DNA from: Candidatus Uhrbacteria bacterium
Lineage (GTDB): Bacteria > Patescibacteriota > Patescibacteriia > UBA9934 > GWF2-40-263
Reading direction: 5' to 3'
Assembly: GCA_037131775.1 (NCBI GenBank)
Contig: JBAXQK010000002.1
Location: forward strand, 87,493 to 151,492
Length of the DNA stretch: 64,000 nucleotides
Position numbers and translations under genes: made by a program. The notes beneath the pieces were generated by a model, which worked only from the letters and a program-made list of their open reading frames with translations, made no database searches and had not been told where the DNA came from. Of the stretch, positions 1 to 11,861 are shown piece after piece. Numbering within the stretch: position 1 is the first letter of the stretch; every line of letters begins with the position of its first letter.

Positions 1-9
1 AAGTCCATA

Positions 10-333
10 TTATTCGATCTGTTCCGATCCGCCCTTCGAGCGAATCACGCGCACCTTCTGCTTCGCGCCATCCTTCTCGATGAAGGAGAACCCGATGCGT
101 CCGGCCTTTCCGCTCTTCGCGGAAATGATTTGGAGGTTCGACACGTGGATCGGCGAAGGAAACTTGATCGCCTGGCCCTGGGCCTCCCCGCGCCTCTTGA
201 GGTGCTTCGTGAGCATGTTGACGTTCTCAACGACCACGCGCATCAGCTTCGGGAAAACCTGAAGAACCTTGCCTTCCTTACCCTTGTCCTTGCCCGCCAT
301 GACGCGGACGTTGTCGCCTGTTTTAATCTTCAT
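10..333 (-). CDS. rplX: 50S ribosomal protein L24
   Basis: [26 protein letters not shown] motif; follows rplN. Confidence 0.97.
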   Translation of the reverse strand: MKIKTGDNVRVMAGKDKGKEGKVLQVFPKLMRVVVENVNMLTKHLKRRGEAQGQAIKFPSPIHVSNLQIISAKSGKAGRIGFSFIEKDGAKQKVRVIRSKGGSEQIE

Positions 334-334
334 A

Positions 335-706
<372 letters not shown>

Positions 707-707
707 A

Positions 708-971
708 TTAGGCGTTCTTCTTTACCAGCCTCCACCGCTTATCGCGGGAGATGGGACGACACTCGACGAACGCGACCACGTCGCCTTCCTTCGCTTCGTT
801 CTTCTCGTCGTGCACCTTGTACGTCTGGCTGCGCACGTACCGCTTGTGGTACTTGGAGTGCGTCACCGTGCGGTCGACTCGAACCACGATGGTCTTGTCC
901 ATCTTGTCGGAAACGACGACGCCGGTAAAAGCGCGGACGACTTTTTCAGTTTTGGCGGTGTTGGTTGGCAT
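708..971 (-). CDS. rpsQ: 30S ribosomal protein S17
   Basis: [14 protein letters not shown]...[11 protein letters not shown]. Confidence 0.98.
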   Translation of the reverse strand: MPTNTAKTEKVVRAFTGVVVSDKMDKTIVVRVDRTVTHSKYHKRYVRSQTYKVHDEKNEAKEGDVVAFVECRPISRDKRWRLVKKNA

Positions 972-975
972 ACAT

Positions 976-1164
976 TTACTTCTTTTCGCTGAGCACCATG
1001 TTCAGGCGCGCGATAATTCGTTTGACGTCGCGGAGGACGCGAACCTGCTTCAGCTGGTGGGAGGCGGTCTTGAAACGCATGTCACACCTCTGTGCCGTGG
1101 CTTCCGCCAACGAGCGCTTGAGCGCCTCCACGGTCTGTGACCGCATGGTTTTCACGTCGTCCAT
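976..1164 (-). CDS. rpmC: 50S ribosomal protein L29
   Basis: 62 aa, RDVKRIIARLNMV, canonical position between rplP and rpsQ. Confidence 0.92.
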   Translation of the reverse strand: MDDVKTMRSQTVEALKRSLAEATAQRCDMRFKTASHQLKQVRVLRDVKRIIARLNMVLSEKK

Positions 1165-1173
1165 AGATGGATA

Positions 1174-1590
1174 TTAGGTTTCGCGGTAGAGAACCTTGGT
1201 CTTGCACGGAAGCTTGTAGGAGGCAAGGTCCATGGCTTCCTTCGCGAGCTCGCGAGATACGCCGTCGATCTCGAACATCACCGTTCCTGGGCGCACGACG
1301 GCCACATAGTGGTCAACGGCTCCCTTACCCTTTCCCATAGGCATTTCGGCACCCTTGATGGTGACCGGCTTGTCCGGGAAGATACGGATCCAGATCTTGC
1401 CGCCGCGCTTGATGGCGCGCGTCATGGCGCGACGGGCCGCCTCAATCTGGCGGGAAGTCACCCATGCCTCGGTCATGGCCTTCAGGCCGCACGATCCGAA
1501 CGCGAGCGTCGTCTTGCGGGTCGCAATGCGCTTGCCTCGTCCGCGGCCTTTGTGCCACTTGCGGTGCTTAACTTTTTTTGGCATCAACAT
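1174..1590 (-). CDS. rplP: 50S ribosomal protein L16
   Basis: [11 protein letters not shown]...[10 protein letters not shown]...MGKGKG. Confidence 0.98.
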   Translation of the reverse strand: MLMPKKVKHRKWHKGRGRGKRIATRKTTLAFGSCGLKAMTEAWVTSRQIEAARRAMTRAIKRGGKIWIRIFPDKPVTIKGAEMPMGKGKGAVDHYVAVVRPGTVMFEIDGVSRELAKEAMDLASYKLPCKTKVLYRET

Positions 1591-1600
1591 AGGGATTTTT

Positions 1601-2263
1601 TTACGCCTTCTCGACGACAACCGGCTTGTCGAACACTTCGCCGCGGTTAATCCAGATCTTCACGCCGATCGCACCGTAGATGGTGCGGGCCGGCAGCGAG
1701 GCGAAGTCGATGTCCGCGCGCAGGTTGTGCAGCGGGATCTTTCCGTTCGCAAGGGTTTCCGTTCGGGCGATTTCTGCTCCGTTCAGGCGTCCGGACAGGG
1801 TGATCTTCACCCCTTCCGCACCGCCCTTCATGACGCGCTCGATCGCCATCTTCATGATGCGGCGGAACGGCATGCGCTTCTCGATGTCGCCGATGATCTG
1901 GAGGGCGGTGATGCGCGACGAAAGCGCCGGCTTCGCCACCTCCTTGACATTGACGTTCACCGTCGTGCGACGACCGGCGAAAAAGTTCTTCTTGATCTTC
2001 TTTTTCAGCTCCTCGATTCCGGCTCCGGCCCGTCCGATCACCACGCCCGGCTTTGCGGCCAGCACGTTGATGGTGACGATCTGGCGGGAGCGGTCGATGT
2101 CCACGCGGTCAACCTGGGCCTCGCGCAACTCCTTCATCAGGAACTCGCGAACCATGACGTCCTCGCGCAGAAACGCTGGAAAATCCTTGTCGGCGAACCA
2201 GTGACCCTGCCAATCCTTGTTGATGGCCAGGCGGAACGCTATCGGATGTGTTTTTTTGCCCAT
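1601..2263 (-). CDS. rpsC: 30S ribosomal protein S3
   Basis: [12 protein letters not shown]...[10 protein letters not shown]...[11 protein letters not shown]. Confidence 0.98.
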   Translation of the reverse strand: MGKKTHPIAFRLAINKDWQGHWFADKDFPAFLREDVMVREFLMKELREAQVDRVDIDRSRQIVTINVLAAKPGVVIGRAGAGIEELKKKIKKNFFAGRRTTVNVNVKEVAKPALSSRITALQIIGDIEKRMPFRRIMKMAIERVMKGGAEGVKITLSGRLNGAEIARTETLANGKIPLHNLRADIDFASLPARTIYGAIGVKIWINRGEVFDKPVVVEKA

Positions 2264-2264
2264 A

Positions 2265-2678
2265 CTAGTTCGCCTTCGCCGGTTTAACCTTCTTTGCCTT
2301 GGCCTCCTTCTTCTGGGCGGCGGCGGCCTTCTTCGCCGCCTTCGGGGCCATCACGTCGAGAACGATCGTGATATGGCTCGTGCGCTTGCGAATCGGGGCG
2401 GAGCGTCCGAAGGCCTTCGGCGTCCAGCGATGGATCACCGGTCCCCCGTCGGCCATGATCGTCTTCACGAAGAGGGTCTCGGGGGCGATCTGGAAGTTGT
2501 GATCCGCATTCGCCACGGCCGAGTTCAGAAGCTTCAGAACCGGCAGGGCCGCGTCCTTCTTCAGGAAGCGCAGCTGCGTCGCGGCGCGAGCGACGTCCAT
2601 CCCGCGGATAACGTCAATCACCAGCCGCACTTTCCGCGGGGACATGCGAATATTTTTTGCGTAGGCCTTCACTTCCAT
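2265..2678 (-). CDS. rplV: 50S ribosomal protein L22 with Lys/Ala-rich C-terminal tail
   Basis: RMSPRKVRLVID...KRTSHITIVL. Confidence 0.98.
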   Translation of the reverse strand: MEVKAYAKNIRMSPRKVRLVIDVIRGMDVARAATQLRFLKKDAALPVLKLLNSAVANADHNFQIAPETLFVKTIMADGGPVIHRWTPKAFGRSAPIRKRTSHITIVLDVMAPKAAKKAAAAQKKEAKAKKVKPAKAN

Positions 2679-2687
2679 ATGGGATGA

Positions 2688-3011
2688 TTATTTCTTCTTG
2701 GGAGCGGCGGCGGCAGGCTTGGCAGCCGGAGCGGCGCCCGGGCTCGTTGCGGCGACCTGACCTCCATGACGGACGAACTTGCGCGTCGGAGAAAATTCCC
2801 CGAGCTTGTGTCCGACCATGTTTTCGACCACGCGCACCGGAATGAAGTCCTTGCCGTTGTGCACCGCGATGGTGAACCCGACCATCTCCGGGGTAATCGA
2901 ACAGGACCGAGCCCAGGTCTTGATGACAGTCTTGTCACCGGCCTTCAGGTTCAGAACTTTCTTTTGGGTTTTTTCGTCCACGAATGGACCTTTCTTGGAA
3001 CTGCGAGACAT
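2688..3011 (-). CDS. rpsS: 30S ribosomal protein S19
   Basis: [12 protein letters not shown]...[13 protein letters not shown]. Confidence 0.98.
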   Translation of the reverse strand: MSRSSKKGPFVDEKTQKKVLNLKAGDKTVIKTWARSCSITPEMVGFTIAVHNGKDFIPVRVVENMVGHKLGEFSPTRKFVRHGGQVAATSPGAAPAAKPAAAAPKKK

Positions 3012-3017
3012 AAGGTT

Positions 3018-3863
3018 TTATGCTCCCACGAACCGGCCTTTCGGACGTCGCTGGATGATGAGCTTGTCGGAGGCCTGCTTGTGGCGCGTCTTCACGCCGA
3101 GTGCCGGCTTGCCGGACGGGGTCTTCGGGTTCTTCAAACCGATCGAGTTGCGACCCTCTCCACCGCCGTGCGGGTGGTCGACCGGGTTCATCGCCTTTCC
3201 GCGAACGGTCGGGCGGAAGCCGCGGTGTCGGGTGCGTCCCGCCTTGCCCCAACGAATGAGGCGGCGATCCTGGTTGGAGACACGGCCGACAGTGGCCATG
3301 CACTCCTTCGGGACCTGGCGGATCTCGCCGGACGGAAGCTTGATGGTGGCAAACGATCCTTCCACGGCCATGAGCTGAGCACCGAGACCCGCGCCGCGCA
3401 CGAGCTGTCCGCCCTTGCCCGGAAGAATCTCGACGTCGTAGACGTTCATGCCGACCGGGATGTTCTCGAGGCAGAAGCGGCTGCCGTCCTGCACGTCGCC
3501 CTTCTTCTTGGAGTTGACGATCACCGTGCCGACCTTCATGCCGATCGCGGCGACCATATAGCGCTTCTCGCCGTCCGCGTACTGCAGGAGGGCGAGGCGT
3601 CCTCCGCGTCCCGGGTCGTATTCGATCGCGATGACCTTGGCCGGGATGTCCAGCTTGTCATGCTTGAAGTCGACCACGCGGATGCGACGCTTGGCGCCGC
3701 CGCCGCGATGGCGAACCGTGATCTTTCCGTTGGAGCGACCCGCCTGCTGCTTCTTGGCGATGGTCAGCCTCCGCTCCGGCTCCGTCTTCGTGATATCCTC
3801 GAAGGTATCCACGGAAGAAAGCCGACGGGCGTTGGTGGTTGGATTGTATTTTTTGACCGGCAT
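3018..3863 (-). CDS. rplB: 50S ribosomal protein L2
   Basis: TVRHRGGG...AMNPVDHPHGGGEG. Confidence 0.99.
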   Translation of the reverse strand: MPVKKYNPTTNARRLSSVDTFEDITKTEPERRLTIAKKQQAGRSNGKITVRHRGGGAKRRIRVVDFKHDKLDIPAKVIAIEYDPGRGGRLALLQYADGEKRYMVAAIGMKVGTVIVNSKKKGDVQDGSRFCLENIPVGMNVYDVEILPGKGGQLVRGAGLGAQLMAVEGSFATIKLPSGEIRQVPKECMATVGRVSNQDRRLIRWGKAGRTRHRGFRPTVRGKAMNPVDHPHGGGEGRNSIGLKNPKTPSGKPALGVKTRHKQASDKLIIQRRPKGRFVGA

Positions 3864-3869
3864 AGGATT

Positions 3870-4301
3870 TTAGACCCCTTCGTAAATGTCGATCGTCTTG
3901 CCTTTCGGAAGCGTCACGATCGCCTTCTTCCAGGATGCGCGCTGCCCGTTCGACCGGCCGAACCGAACCACCTTGCCCCGCATGTTCTGGATGTTCACCG
4001 ATTCCGGCAGAATGCCGTACATCGCGCGAATCGCGGATTTGACCTGCACGCGGTTCGACTTCGTGGCGACGACGAACGTGTACTGCCCTCCGTGGGCGAC
4101 GATCGCGGCCTTCTCGGTCACGAGCGGGCGGAGAACGACGCCGGAAAGGTCGGACGGAATGACCTTGGCGGTCTTCTTCGCGGCCGGCTTCTTTTTGGCG
4201 CCGTCCGTTTCCGCCGTCTCCTTCACGACCTTCGTGTCTTCCACGATGTCACCCTTGAGCTCCTGCTCCTTCTTCGATTTAAACTTTTCAAGAATTCCCA
4301 T
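3870..4301 (-). CDS. rplW: 50S ribosomal protein L23 with charged N-terminal extension
   Basis: RPLVTEKA...WKKAIVTL; ATG two bases after the rplD stop. Confidence 0.95.
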   Translation of the reverse strand: MGILEKFKSKKEQELKGDIVEDTKVVKETAETDGAKKKPAAKKTAKVIPSDLSGVVLRPLVTEKAAIVAHGGQYTFVVATKSNRVQVKSAIRAMYGILPESVNIQNMRGKVVRFGRSNGQRASWKKAIVTLPKGKTIDIYEGV

Positions 4302-4302
4302 A

Positions 4303-4938
4303 TTACGAGCGCTTAAACGTCTTCGTGATGGCGTCGATCGCTTCCTTGGAAGCCACGACGAAATCGTTTGCAAGCAAGTCGCCGATGTTCAGCGAGAGCG
4401 CGGAAAGCGTGGTTACGCGCTGCAGGTTGCGCGCCGCGCGGACGGCTCCGACGTTCGACGGCTCGAGGATCACGAGGGTCTTCTTTCCCGCGGAAGGAAG
4501 GTTCTTCATGACGCGAACGAGCGTCTTCGTTTTGTTTTCCGGAAGCACCATCGAATCGATGGCAACAAACTTCTCGCTCACAAGCTTGTCCGTAAGCACC
4601 ATGGCGAGCGCCTTGCGACGCGCGACGCGGTTGAGCTTCAGGGAAAAATTACGCTCGTTGCGAGGTCCGAAGGTAATTCCACCGCCAACCCAGATCGGGG
4701 AGCGGCGCGATCCGTGACGGGCGCGACCGGTTCCCTTCTGCTTCCACGGCTTCTTTCCAGTACCCGCGACCTCGGAACGATCCTTGGTGTGCGCGAGAAC
4801 CTGGCGGCCGTTGGCCATCTGGATCACGAATGCCTCGTGAATGAGGGCCGGGTTCGGCTTGACCTCGAACAACGACGCGTCGAGCTCAAGCTCGCCGACC
4901 GTCTTTCCTTCCTGGTTGAGCAGCGTTACTTTTGCCAT
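4303..4938 (-). CDS. rplD: 50S ribosomal protein L4
   Basis: KKPWKQKGTGRARHGS...WVGGGITFGP. Confidence 0.98.
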   Translation of the reverse strand: MAKVTLLNQEGKTVGELELDASLFEVKPNPALIHEAFVIQMANGRQVLAHTKDRSEVAGTGKKPWKQKGTGRARHGSRRSPIWVGGGITFGPRNERNFSLKLNRVARRKALAMVLTDKLVSEKFVAIDSMVLPENKTKTLVRVMKNLPSAGKKTLVILEPSNVGAVRAARNLQRVTTLSALSLNIGDLLANDFVVASKEAIDAITKTFKRS

Positions 4939-5558
4939 ACGAGCTTGCCTTCGCGGGCCACGACGAGGATTAAGCCTCCGCGCGCGCCGGGAATGGCGCC
5001 AGAGATCGCGAGAATGTTATTGACGGGGTCGACCGAGATGATTTCCAGGTTCATGACCGTCGCGCGCTGATCACCCATGTGACCTGCCATGCGCTGTCCC
5101 TTGGAAACCGGACCTTGGCGCTGCGAGGCGATGGAGCCAGGCATACGCATCTGGTCTTTCTGGCCGTGGGTGGCCGGACCTCCGGAAAAGTGATGGCGCT
5201 TCATGACGCCGGCGAATCCGTGACCCTTGGAAGTACCCGTCACGTCGACGTGCATTCCCGGGGCGAACGCGGTCACGTCGACCACGTTGCCGCGCGTCAG
5301 GTCCGTCGAATCGACGCGGAACTCGCGCAGCGTTCCCATCAGGGAAAGATCCTTGACGTGTCCCGCTTCCGGCTTATTGAGGACGCGCTTGACGTCCGTT
5401 CCAAGCTGGACCGCGACATATCCGTCCTTTTCCGCGTCGCGAATCTGCGCGACGATGTTCGGTTCGCACTTGACGAGCGTTACCGGAACGACCGTTCCAT
5501 CCTCCCGAAACTGCTGAGACATCTCGATTTTTCGTCCAATGATGAATGGCATAGACAT
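4926..5558 (-). CDS. rplC: 50S ribosomal protein L3
   Basis: VTGTSKGHGFAGVMKRH...RMAGHMG. Confidence 0.98.
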   Translation of the reverse strand: MSMPFIIGRKIEMSQQFREDGTVVPVTLVKCEPNIVAQIRDAEKDGYVAVQLGTDVKRVLNKPEAGHVKDLSLMGTLREFRVDSTDLTRGNVVDVTAFAPGMHVDVTGTSKGHGFAGVMKRHHFSGGPATHGQKDQMRMPGSIASQRQGPVSKGQRMAGHMGDQRATVMNLEIISVDPVNNILAISGAIPGARGGLILVVAREGKLVWQK

Positions 5559-5838
5559 TGGTCCCGACGGGACGTGCTAACAACTGACTCGACCGGCCAA
5601 CTGGCCAGGATAACGAAAAGTCAGAAGTTGGTAGTAAAACGTCGCGGAATCCTTCTAACGGTGGTTTACTAACAGCTTCTGACCTGTTCACTCTTAGAAC
5701 AGTTTTTGTGGAGAATTCTTAATGAATGGGTTGGTTTCCTTCTTGCGACGTTGGAAGCTCCAGGAGGTTTTCCCCCTCCCGGCCTTGCGGCCGAGAGGGG
5801 GATCTTTCTTCTGTGTTCCTCAATCTGCGGGGATTGTA

Positions 5839-6192
5839 CTAGGTCTTGATCTCCACGTCAACCCCGGCGGGTAGGTTGAGCGACATCAGGGCGTCGATGG
5901 TCTTTTCCGTCGGGTCCGTGATGTCGATGAGGCGCTTGTGGACGCGCATCTCATACTGCTCGCGCGAGTCCTTGTGGACGAACGTGGAGCGGTTCACCGT
6001 GTACTTGCGCTTCTCGGTCGGCAACGGGATCGGACCGTGGATCTTCGCCCCAGAGCGCTCGGCGGCCTTGATGATGGTCATCGTGGCCTGGTCGATGAGC
6101 TTGTGGTCGTAGGCGCGAACGCGGATGCGGATGCGCTGTCCGTCCGCCGTCTTTTCCGTCTTTGCTGCCGCTGGTTTGGTTGCGTTTGCCAC
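5839..6192 (-). CDS. rpsJ: 30S ribosomal protein S10 (start uncertain, GTG chosen)
   Basis: [15 protein letters not shown]...GPIPLPT...[10 protein letters not shown]. Confidence 0.96.
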   Translation of the reverse strand: MANATKPAAAKTEKTADGQRIRIRVRAYDHKLIDQATMTIIKAAERSGAKIHGPIPLPTEKRKYTVNRSTFVHKDSREQYEMRVHKRLIDITDPTEKTIDALMSLNLPAGVDVEIKT

Positions 6193-6222
6193 AGTGGTAA
6201 GGAAAGAACAAGCACTCAATAA

Positions 6223-7416
<1,194 letters not shown>

Positions 7417-7597
7417 AGCGATTTTTTGAGCTTGGCCGCCCAATGCGACCTTGCCCGGCCGGCTCAATGTGTCACGACGCGTGCCACTGAACCAGGCGGG
7501 CAAAAAATGCTCTTGTTAGGGTTGTTTTTTAATTAACGGCGAAATTGTAACAGAGGGAAAGGGATAATGCAAGGTCTGAACCACCTGTCAATCCAAC

Positions 7598-8149
7598 CTA
7601 CTCGATCGGCTCCAAATAGAACTGTTCTTCGCCAAAATCCTCGTCTTTTTGATCTTCTTTCTTCGGCTCGGCCTCTGCGGCCGACTTTTCCGGTTCCGCC
7701 GTCGCCATCCCCTTCCCCTGTTGATAATTCTCAAACTGTCGCTCCAAGTCCGTCTTTTCAACGTCCGACATCTTCGAAATGTCCCACGTCTCCGATTCCG
7801 ACCCCGCCGGACTCATCGCCTCCCAGATATCGGACGGCGGCGGTGCCTGTCTAGTTTCCCCTCCTTTTTGGAAGGAGGGGTCAGGGGTAGTCGTCGCGAC
7901 GGCAACGCTCGGCGGCCCGACCCTTCCCTCTTCCTCTTCCGGCTCGCAATCATTCCACCATTCTTCGCCGAAGCCAGCTTCAGACGGCAAGCCAGACGAT
8001 TTTTCAACGATTTCCTTAGGAACGACTAGATTTTCGTACTGTTCCAGTCCCATCACCACGTATACGTCGTCCCCGTTCGTGTCCGTCACGACCATCCGAT
8101 CGCCCGTTTTCCGTACCAAATTCAGGATGCGTCGAAGTTGTTTGTCCAT
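7598..8149 (-). CDS. hypothetical protein; Phd/YefM-like N-terminus, acidic disordered tail containing repeat insertions
   Basis: ILNLVRKTGDRMVVT...YVVMGLEQYE resembles the Phd/YefM fold; carries the palindromic repeat at 7855-7898. Confidence 0.6.
   Translation of the reverse strand: MDKQLRRILNLVRKTGDRMVVTDTNGDDVYVVMGLEQYENLVVPKEIVEKSSGLPSEAGFGEEWWNDCEPEEEEGRVGPPSVAVATTTPDPSFQKGGETRQAPPPSDIWEAMSPAGSESETWDISKMSDVEKTDLERQFENYQQGKGMATAEPEKSAAEAEPKKEDQKDEDFGEEQFYLEPIE
7855..7898. repeat. 45-bp palindromic repeat family (DUF559-associated), copy inside a CDS
   Basis: tttcccctcctttttggaaggaggggtcaggggtagtcgtcgcg. Confidence 0.85.
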
Positions 8150-8309
8150 ATCGGTAGGAAGATTAACAGGATTGATCGCATTTTAACGTAGAGGGACGTG
8201 AAGTCAAATCATACAGCTTGGATTGACAAACTGGCTAAAATTTGTTTAAATTCGCCCCTCGACGCGATAAAATCGTCGCGGTCGAAACAATCTCTCATTG
8301 GAGACAGTC

Positions 8310-9677
8310 ATGCGGATTGATTACGAGGTCGGAGTCCTCGGCGCCGGAGTCACGGGAATCGCGACGGTTCTCGCACTCATCCTGTACACGAACGTCCGGA
8401 GCATCGTGGTGTTCGAGCGTCGCCGGGGACCCGCCCAGGTGAACTCAAGCCGGGTGAACAACAGCCAGACCCTGCACATGGGACGCGCCGAGTCGAACTA
8501 CACCGAGGCGCAGGCAGTCGCGGTCAGCGAGGACGCGCAGCTGGTCGCCGGCTTCGTCGAGCGGTTCGCTCCCGAGGCGGGACAGCCGATGTCCACGCAC
8601 ATGATCGCGGTGGGCAGCGCGGAGGTCGCCGAGTTTCGGAAGCGCCACACGATGCTGTCGCCGCACTTCCCGGACCTGCGTCTGCTCGAGCGAAGCGACC
8701 TTGCGCGGATGGCTCCCAAGCTCATCGAGGGCCGCGATCCGAGCGAGCCGATCGTCTCGCTCTTCTCCGAGGCGGGCTATGCCGTGGATTTCCAGACGCT
8801 CGGCGAGGCAATGCTCGCGAGAGCCGTGTTGGAAGCGAAGCGGATGGGAAAGACGCTCGACCTGCACTTCGACACGCAGGTGGATACCGTCAGGCAGGAG
8901 AAGGACGGGTTCGTGATCGTCGCGAACGGCAGCGAGTACCTGGTGAGGACGCTCGAGATCGCCGCCGGAAACGGGTCGCTGCTGATTGCTCACCAGCTTG
9001 GGTACGGCCGCGAGTTCGCAATGCTCCCCGTCGCGGGAAGCTACTTCGTCACGAAGACGCTCCTCGACGCAAAGGTGTACGGGTTCCAAGACCCGTCGAT
9101 CCCGCTCGCGAAGGCGCACTCCGACCCCGACGTGAACGACCGCGGCGTCATGCGCTTCGGCCCAACGGCCAGGCCGATGCCGCTCCTCGAGCGCGATTCC
9201 TGGTCGACTCTCTGGGAGTTCGTCCGCGTCGGCACCCTGAGTCCGCGCGGCCTCTGGGGGCTTGCCCGCGTTCTCCTGAACCTCCACCTCCTGATGTTCG
9301 GCGCGAAGAACGTCCTGTACGAGCTGCCATACGTCGGCAAGTGGTTCTTCGCCCGCATGGAGGCCCGCAAGATCTTCCCGACGATCCGCGCGCGCGACCT
9401 CGCGCTCGCCAAGGGCGCCGGCGGAATCCGCGGCCAGCTCATCGACCTGCGCACCGGTGCGCTCATGAAGGCCGAGCGGATCCTCCCGCCGGACGAAGTG
9501 CACGCCAACTGCATCCCCTCGCCGTCCCCGGGCGCCTCGAAGTGCCTCGGCAACGCGATCGTGAGCGTCCGTAACCACATGGTCTGGCAAGGTCCCGGCT
9601 ACCAGTTCGACGAGGCCCGCATGCGCGCAGACCTCCGCCGCACCAACTACGGCCCGCGCAAGACCGCCGCGTCCTAG
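8310..9677 (+). CDS. FAD-dependent oxidoreductase, malate:quinone oxidoreductase / L-2-hydroxyglutarate oxidase-like
   Basis: GAGVTG Rossmann motif, NNSQTLH..ESNYT, RFGPTA, GGIRGQL, PSPGAS. Confidence 0.8.
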   Translation: MRIDYEVGVLGAGVTGIATVLALILYTNVRSIVVFERRRGPAQVNSSRVNNSQTLHMGRAESNYTEAQAVAVSEDAQLVAGFVERFAPEAGQPMSTHMIAVGSAEVAEFRKRHTMLSPHFPDLRLLERSDLARMAPKLIEGRDPSEPIVSLFSEAGYAVDFQTLGEAMLARAVLEAKRMGKTLDLHFDTQVDTVRQEKDGFVIVANGSEYLVRTLEIAAGNGSLLIAHQLGYGREFAMLPVAGSYFVTKTLLDAKVYGFQDPSIPLAKAHSDPDVNDRGVMRFGPTARPMPLLERDSWSTLWEFVRVGTLSPRGLWGLARVLLNLHLLMFGAKNVLYELPYVGKWFFARMEARKIFPTIRARDLALAKGAGGIRGQLIDLRTGALMKAERILPPDEVHANCIPSPSPGASKCLGNAIVSVRNHMVWQGPGYQFDEARMRADLRRTNYGPRKTAAS

Positions 9678-9725
9678 AGCCATCTGGCTCTTTTTTCTTT
9701 GAACAAAAAAACCGCGGCCTTTCGG

Positions 9726-10202
9726 TCACGGAGAGCGCGGGGACAGACGGATGGCGGTTGCGACTTTTTCGCCATAGAGAACCTGGTCCTGCCGTTCGCG
9801 GAGATCGCGTTCTTGCGCCAGATGACGCTGATAGTCGTCTGGCAAACCGGTCATCAGGATCGCATCCCGACGCGCGTTCAGGCGATCCCCTTCCGCAAGC
9901 AGGCGCCGTCCCTCGTCCGACAGGAACGCCAGCCATGCGGCCATCGGCGCGGAGGCGGTATTGCGGACGTACTGGAATCCGAGAACGGCGATCGTCACGG
10001 CGCCGACGAACGGAATCGCGAGAAACGCCAGTGCCCACGTTCCCATCGCGATCCACACGACCGCATAGAGGACAAGTGCCGCGACGTTCGCGACGTCGAG
10101 CGCGACCCGCAGGCGCGACGGATACGCGACCATCGGGTATGGAATCTCCCGCGCGCACCGCGGCCGCCTGTGGCCGGGAGGGTCGCAGAACGCCTGGGTC
10201 AT
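9726..10202 (-). CDS. hypothetical membrane protein (2 TM), paralog of its neighbour
   Basis: DPPGHRRP N-terminus and two hydrophobic segments; ATGA overlap with the upstream gene. Confidence 0.65.
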   Translation of the reverse strand: MTQAFCDPPGHRRPRCAREIPYPMVAYPSRLRVALDVANVAALVLYAVVWIAMGTWALAFLAIPFVGAVTIAVLGFQYVRNTASAPMAAWLAFLSDEGRRLLAEGDRLNARRDAILMTGLPDDYQRHLAQERDLRERQDQVLYGEKVATAIRLSPRSP

Positions 10203-10774
10203 GGCGATGCCGCGAGCGACGCGTCGTGTGCGACGACCTCGCCGGCAAGGTGTTTGCCCTGGCGGCTGAGGAGATCCTCCTCGTCGAACAACGTCTTGTT
10301 CCAGGCTGCCAACAGGCTGGCCTCCAGCTCCAGGATCTGCTGCGGGTCCAGGGCAATCGCGAGCCTTCGAAACGCCGCGAGGCTGCGCTCCCCGTTCTCG
10401 ATCTCCCTTCGTCGCTCCGAGATCCTTACCCCCTCCCGCAGCAGGGCCCAGCCGACGGGCGTGCGGGACAGCAGGAGGATTTCCTTCGGCATCCAGATGA
10501 GGTCGCCGTTCCCGCCAAGAGTTGCCGACGGGCTCACGATTACCGCGTACAGCATCACGTTCCCGATCGTCGCCCAGAAGACAATCTCGACGACGCTGTC
10601 AAACGTCACGGAACCGGTCGCACGGTACTCCGAGCGTCCGATTGTGAGCACCATGATCGTCATGGCGGCGCACGCGATCTTCGCGGCGGTCAGACGGGCC
10701 TTGTACCAGGTCAGGCGTCGGCCGCACGCATACGGCCGAACGTGTCCTGGCGGGTCTTGCAGGGGAATCGACAT
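10199..10774 (-). CDS. hypothetical membrane protein (2 TM)
   Basis: DPPGHVRP N-terminus and hydrophobic segments. Confidence 0.65.
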   Translation of the reverse strand: MSIPLQDPPGHVRPYACGRRLTWYKARLTAAKIACAAMTIMVLTIGRSEYRATGSVTFDSVVEIVFWATIGNVMLYAVIVSPSATLGGNGDLIWMPKEILLLSRTPVGWALLREGVRISERRREIENGERSLAAFRRLAIALDPQQILELEASLLAAWNKTLFDEEDLLSRQGKHLAGEVVAHDASLAASP

Positions 10775-10857
10775 TGAGAACCTCCGCCGAGACCCTACCC
10801 GACATTGACGATCGCGTCCAGATCTGGTTCACTTCGGCTCGCCATACGAGGGCAATC

Positions 10858-11793
10858 ATGGATCTATCTTCCGCGACACCGCCTCCCACACCTCTTCGCA
10901 TTTCCGAAACCACCCGCGTCATACCATCGACAAGCCCCGTCACGAGCGTCGCGTTCGGACCTCGCGGTAACGTCGCGATGCTCACGGGATCGCGACTGAA
11001 GGAGTACGATGCCGATCGAACGGAAACGAGGATCGTCACGAACGACCTCGGAAACCGGACGTTCGGCTACGATGCCGGTACCGGGTCCCTCCGACTCGAT
11101 CCTCCCAAGGAGGGGCGGGCCGAGGCCGTCGTCGTCACGGACTCGGACGCGCGACGCCGGCTCTCCGCCGTCGGACTGCCGTTCGCGCGAATCCAGCAGG
11201 ATACGATCCGCCTCGGCAAGGACGGGCCGGAATACGTCGCGTGGACCGACTCCAGGACGGGCCCGCTCACCGGCACCGTGTTCTCCGGGCCCGTGCGCGT
11301 CATCCCGAGCGAGGTCGTCGTGCTCGCGGAATCCGACGTCGACGCGCGCGTGATCATGGAGGGAAGTGGCATTCACACGATCCTCCGGACTCCCGACGGC
11401 AGAACCGTGGTCCGGTGCGGGTCAGAGCCGTCCGAATTCCACATTCCTCCGGCCCCGGACCTTTCCACGTGGACGTCGGTCATCCGCACCCGACGGCACG
11501 CCCTCGTATCGGGAATCTACGGTCACATCACGGACCTCCGCCATCCCTGCCGCATCGCCGAGTCTCCCTGGAAGATCATCGGCGACCCGCACCGCCTTCC
11601 CGGAGGCGCGGCGACCGAGGCGCACAACGGCTCCCGGCGCACGCTCATCTGGCTCCACGAGGACGGCTTCGACTGCCTCCCCGCCACGAGCCCGCTCAAG
11701 AGCCTCGTCCGCACCGGCCCGCGCGAGCTCACCGGCTGGCACATGCGCGGCCTCCAGCTCGTCATCCGAACGTACGCGCTCCCCCGCGACTGA
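10858..11793 (+). CDS. hypothetical beta-rich protein
   Basis: Long ORF with GC3-rich codons; TTGACG upstream; start uncertain. Confidence 0.6.
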   Translation: MDLSSATPPPTPLRISETTRVIPSTSPVTSVAFGPRGNVAMLTGSRLKEYDADRTETRIVTNDLGNRTFGYDAGTGSLRLDPPKEGRAEAVVVTDSDARRRLSAVGLPFARIQQDTIRLGKDGPEYVAWTDSRTGPLTGTVFSGPVRVIPSEVVVLAESDVDARVIMEGSGIHTILRTPDGRTVVRCGSEPSEFHIPPAPDLSTWTSVIRTRRHALVSGIYGHITDLRHPCRIAESPWKIIGDPHRLPGGAATEAHNGSRRTLIWLHEDGFDCLPATSPLKSLVRTGPRELTGWHMRGLQLVIRTYALPRD

Positions 11794-11861
11794 TCTGGTC
11801 GCGGGATTTTTATTGACACCGGATTTCCTTCATGGTTTCCTATCGCTCCGGAGTCCATGCA

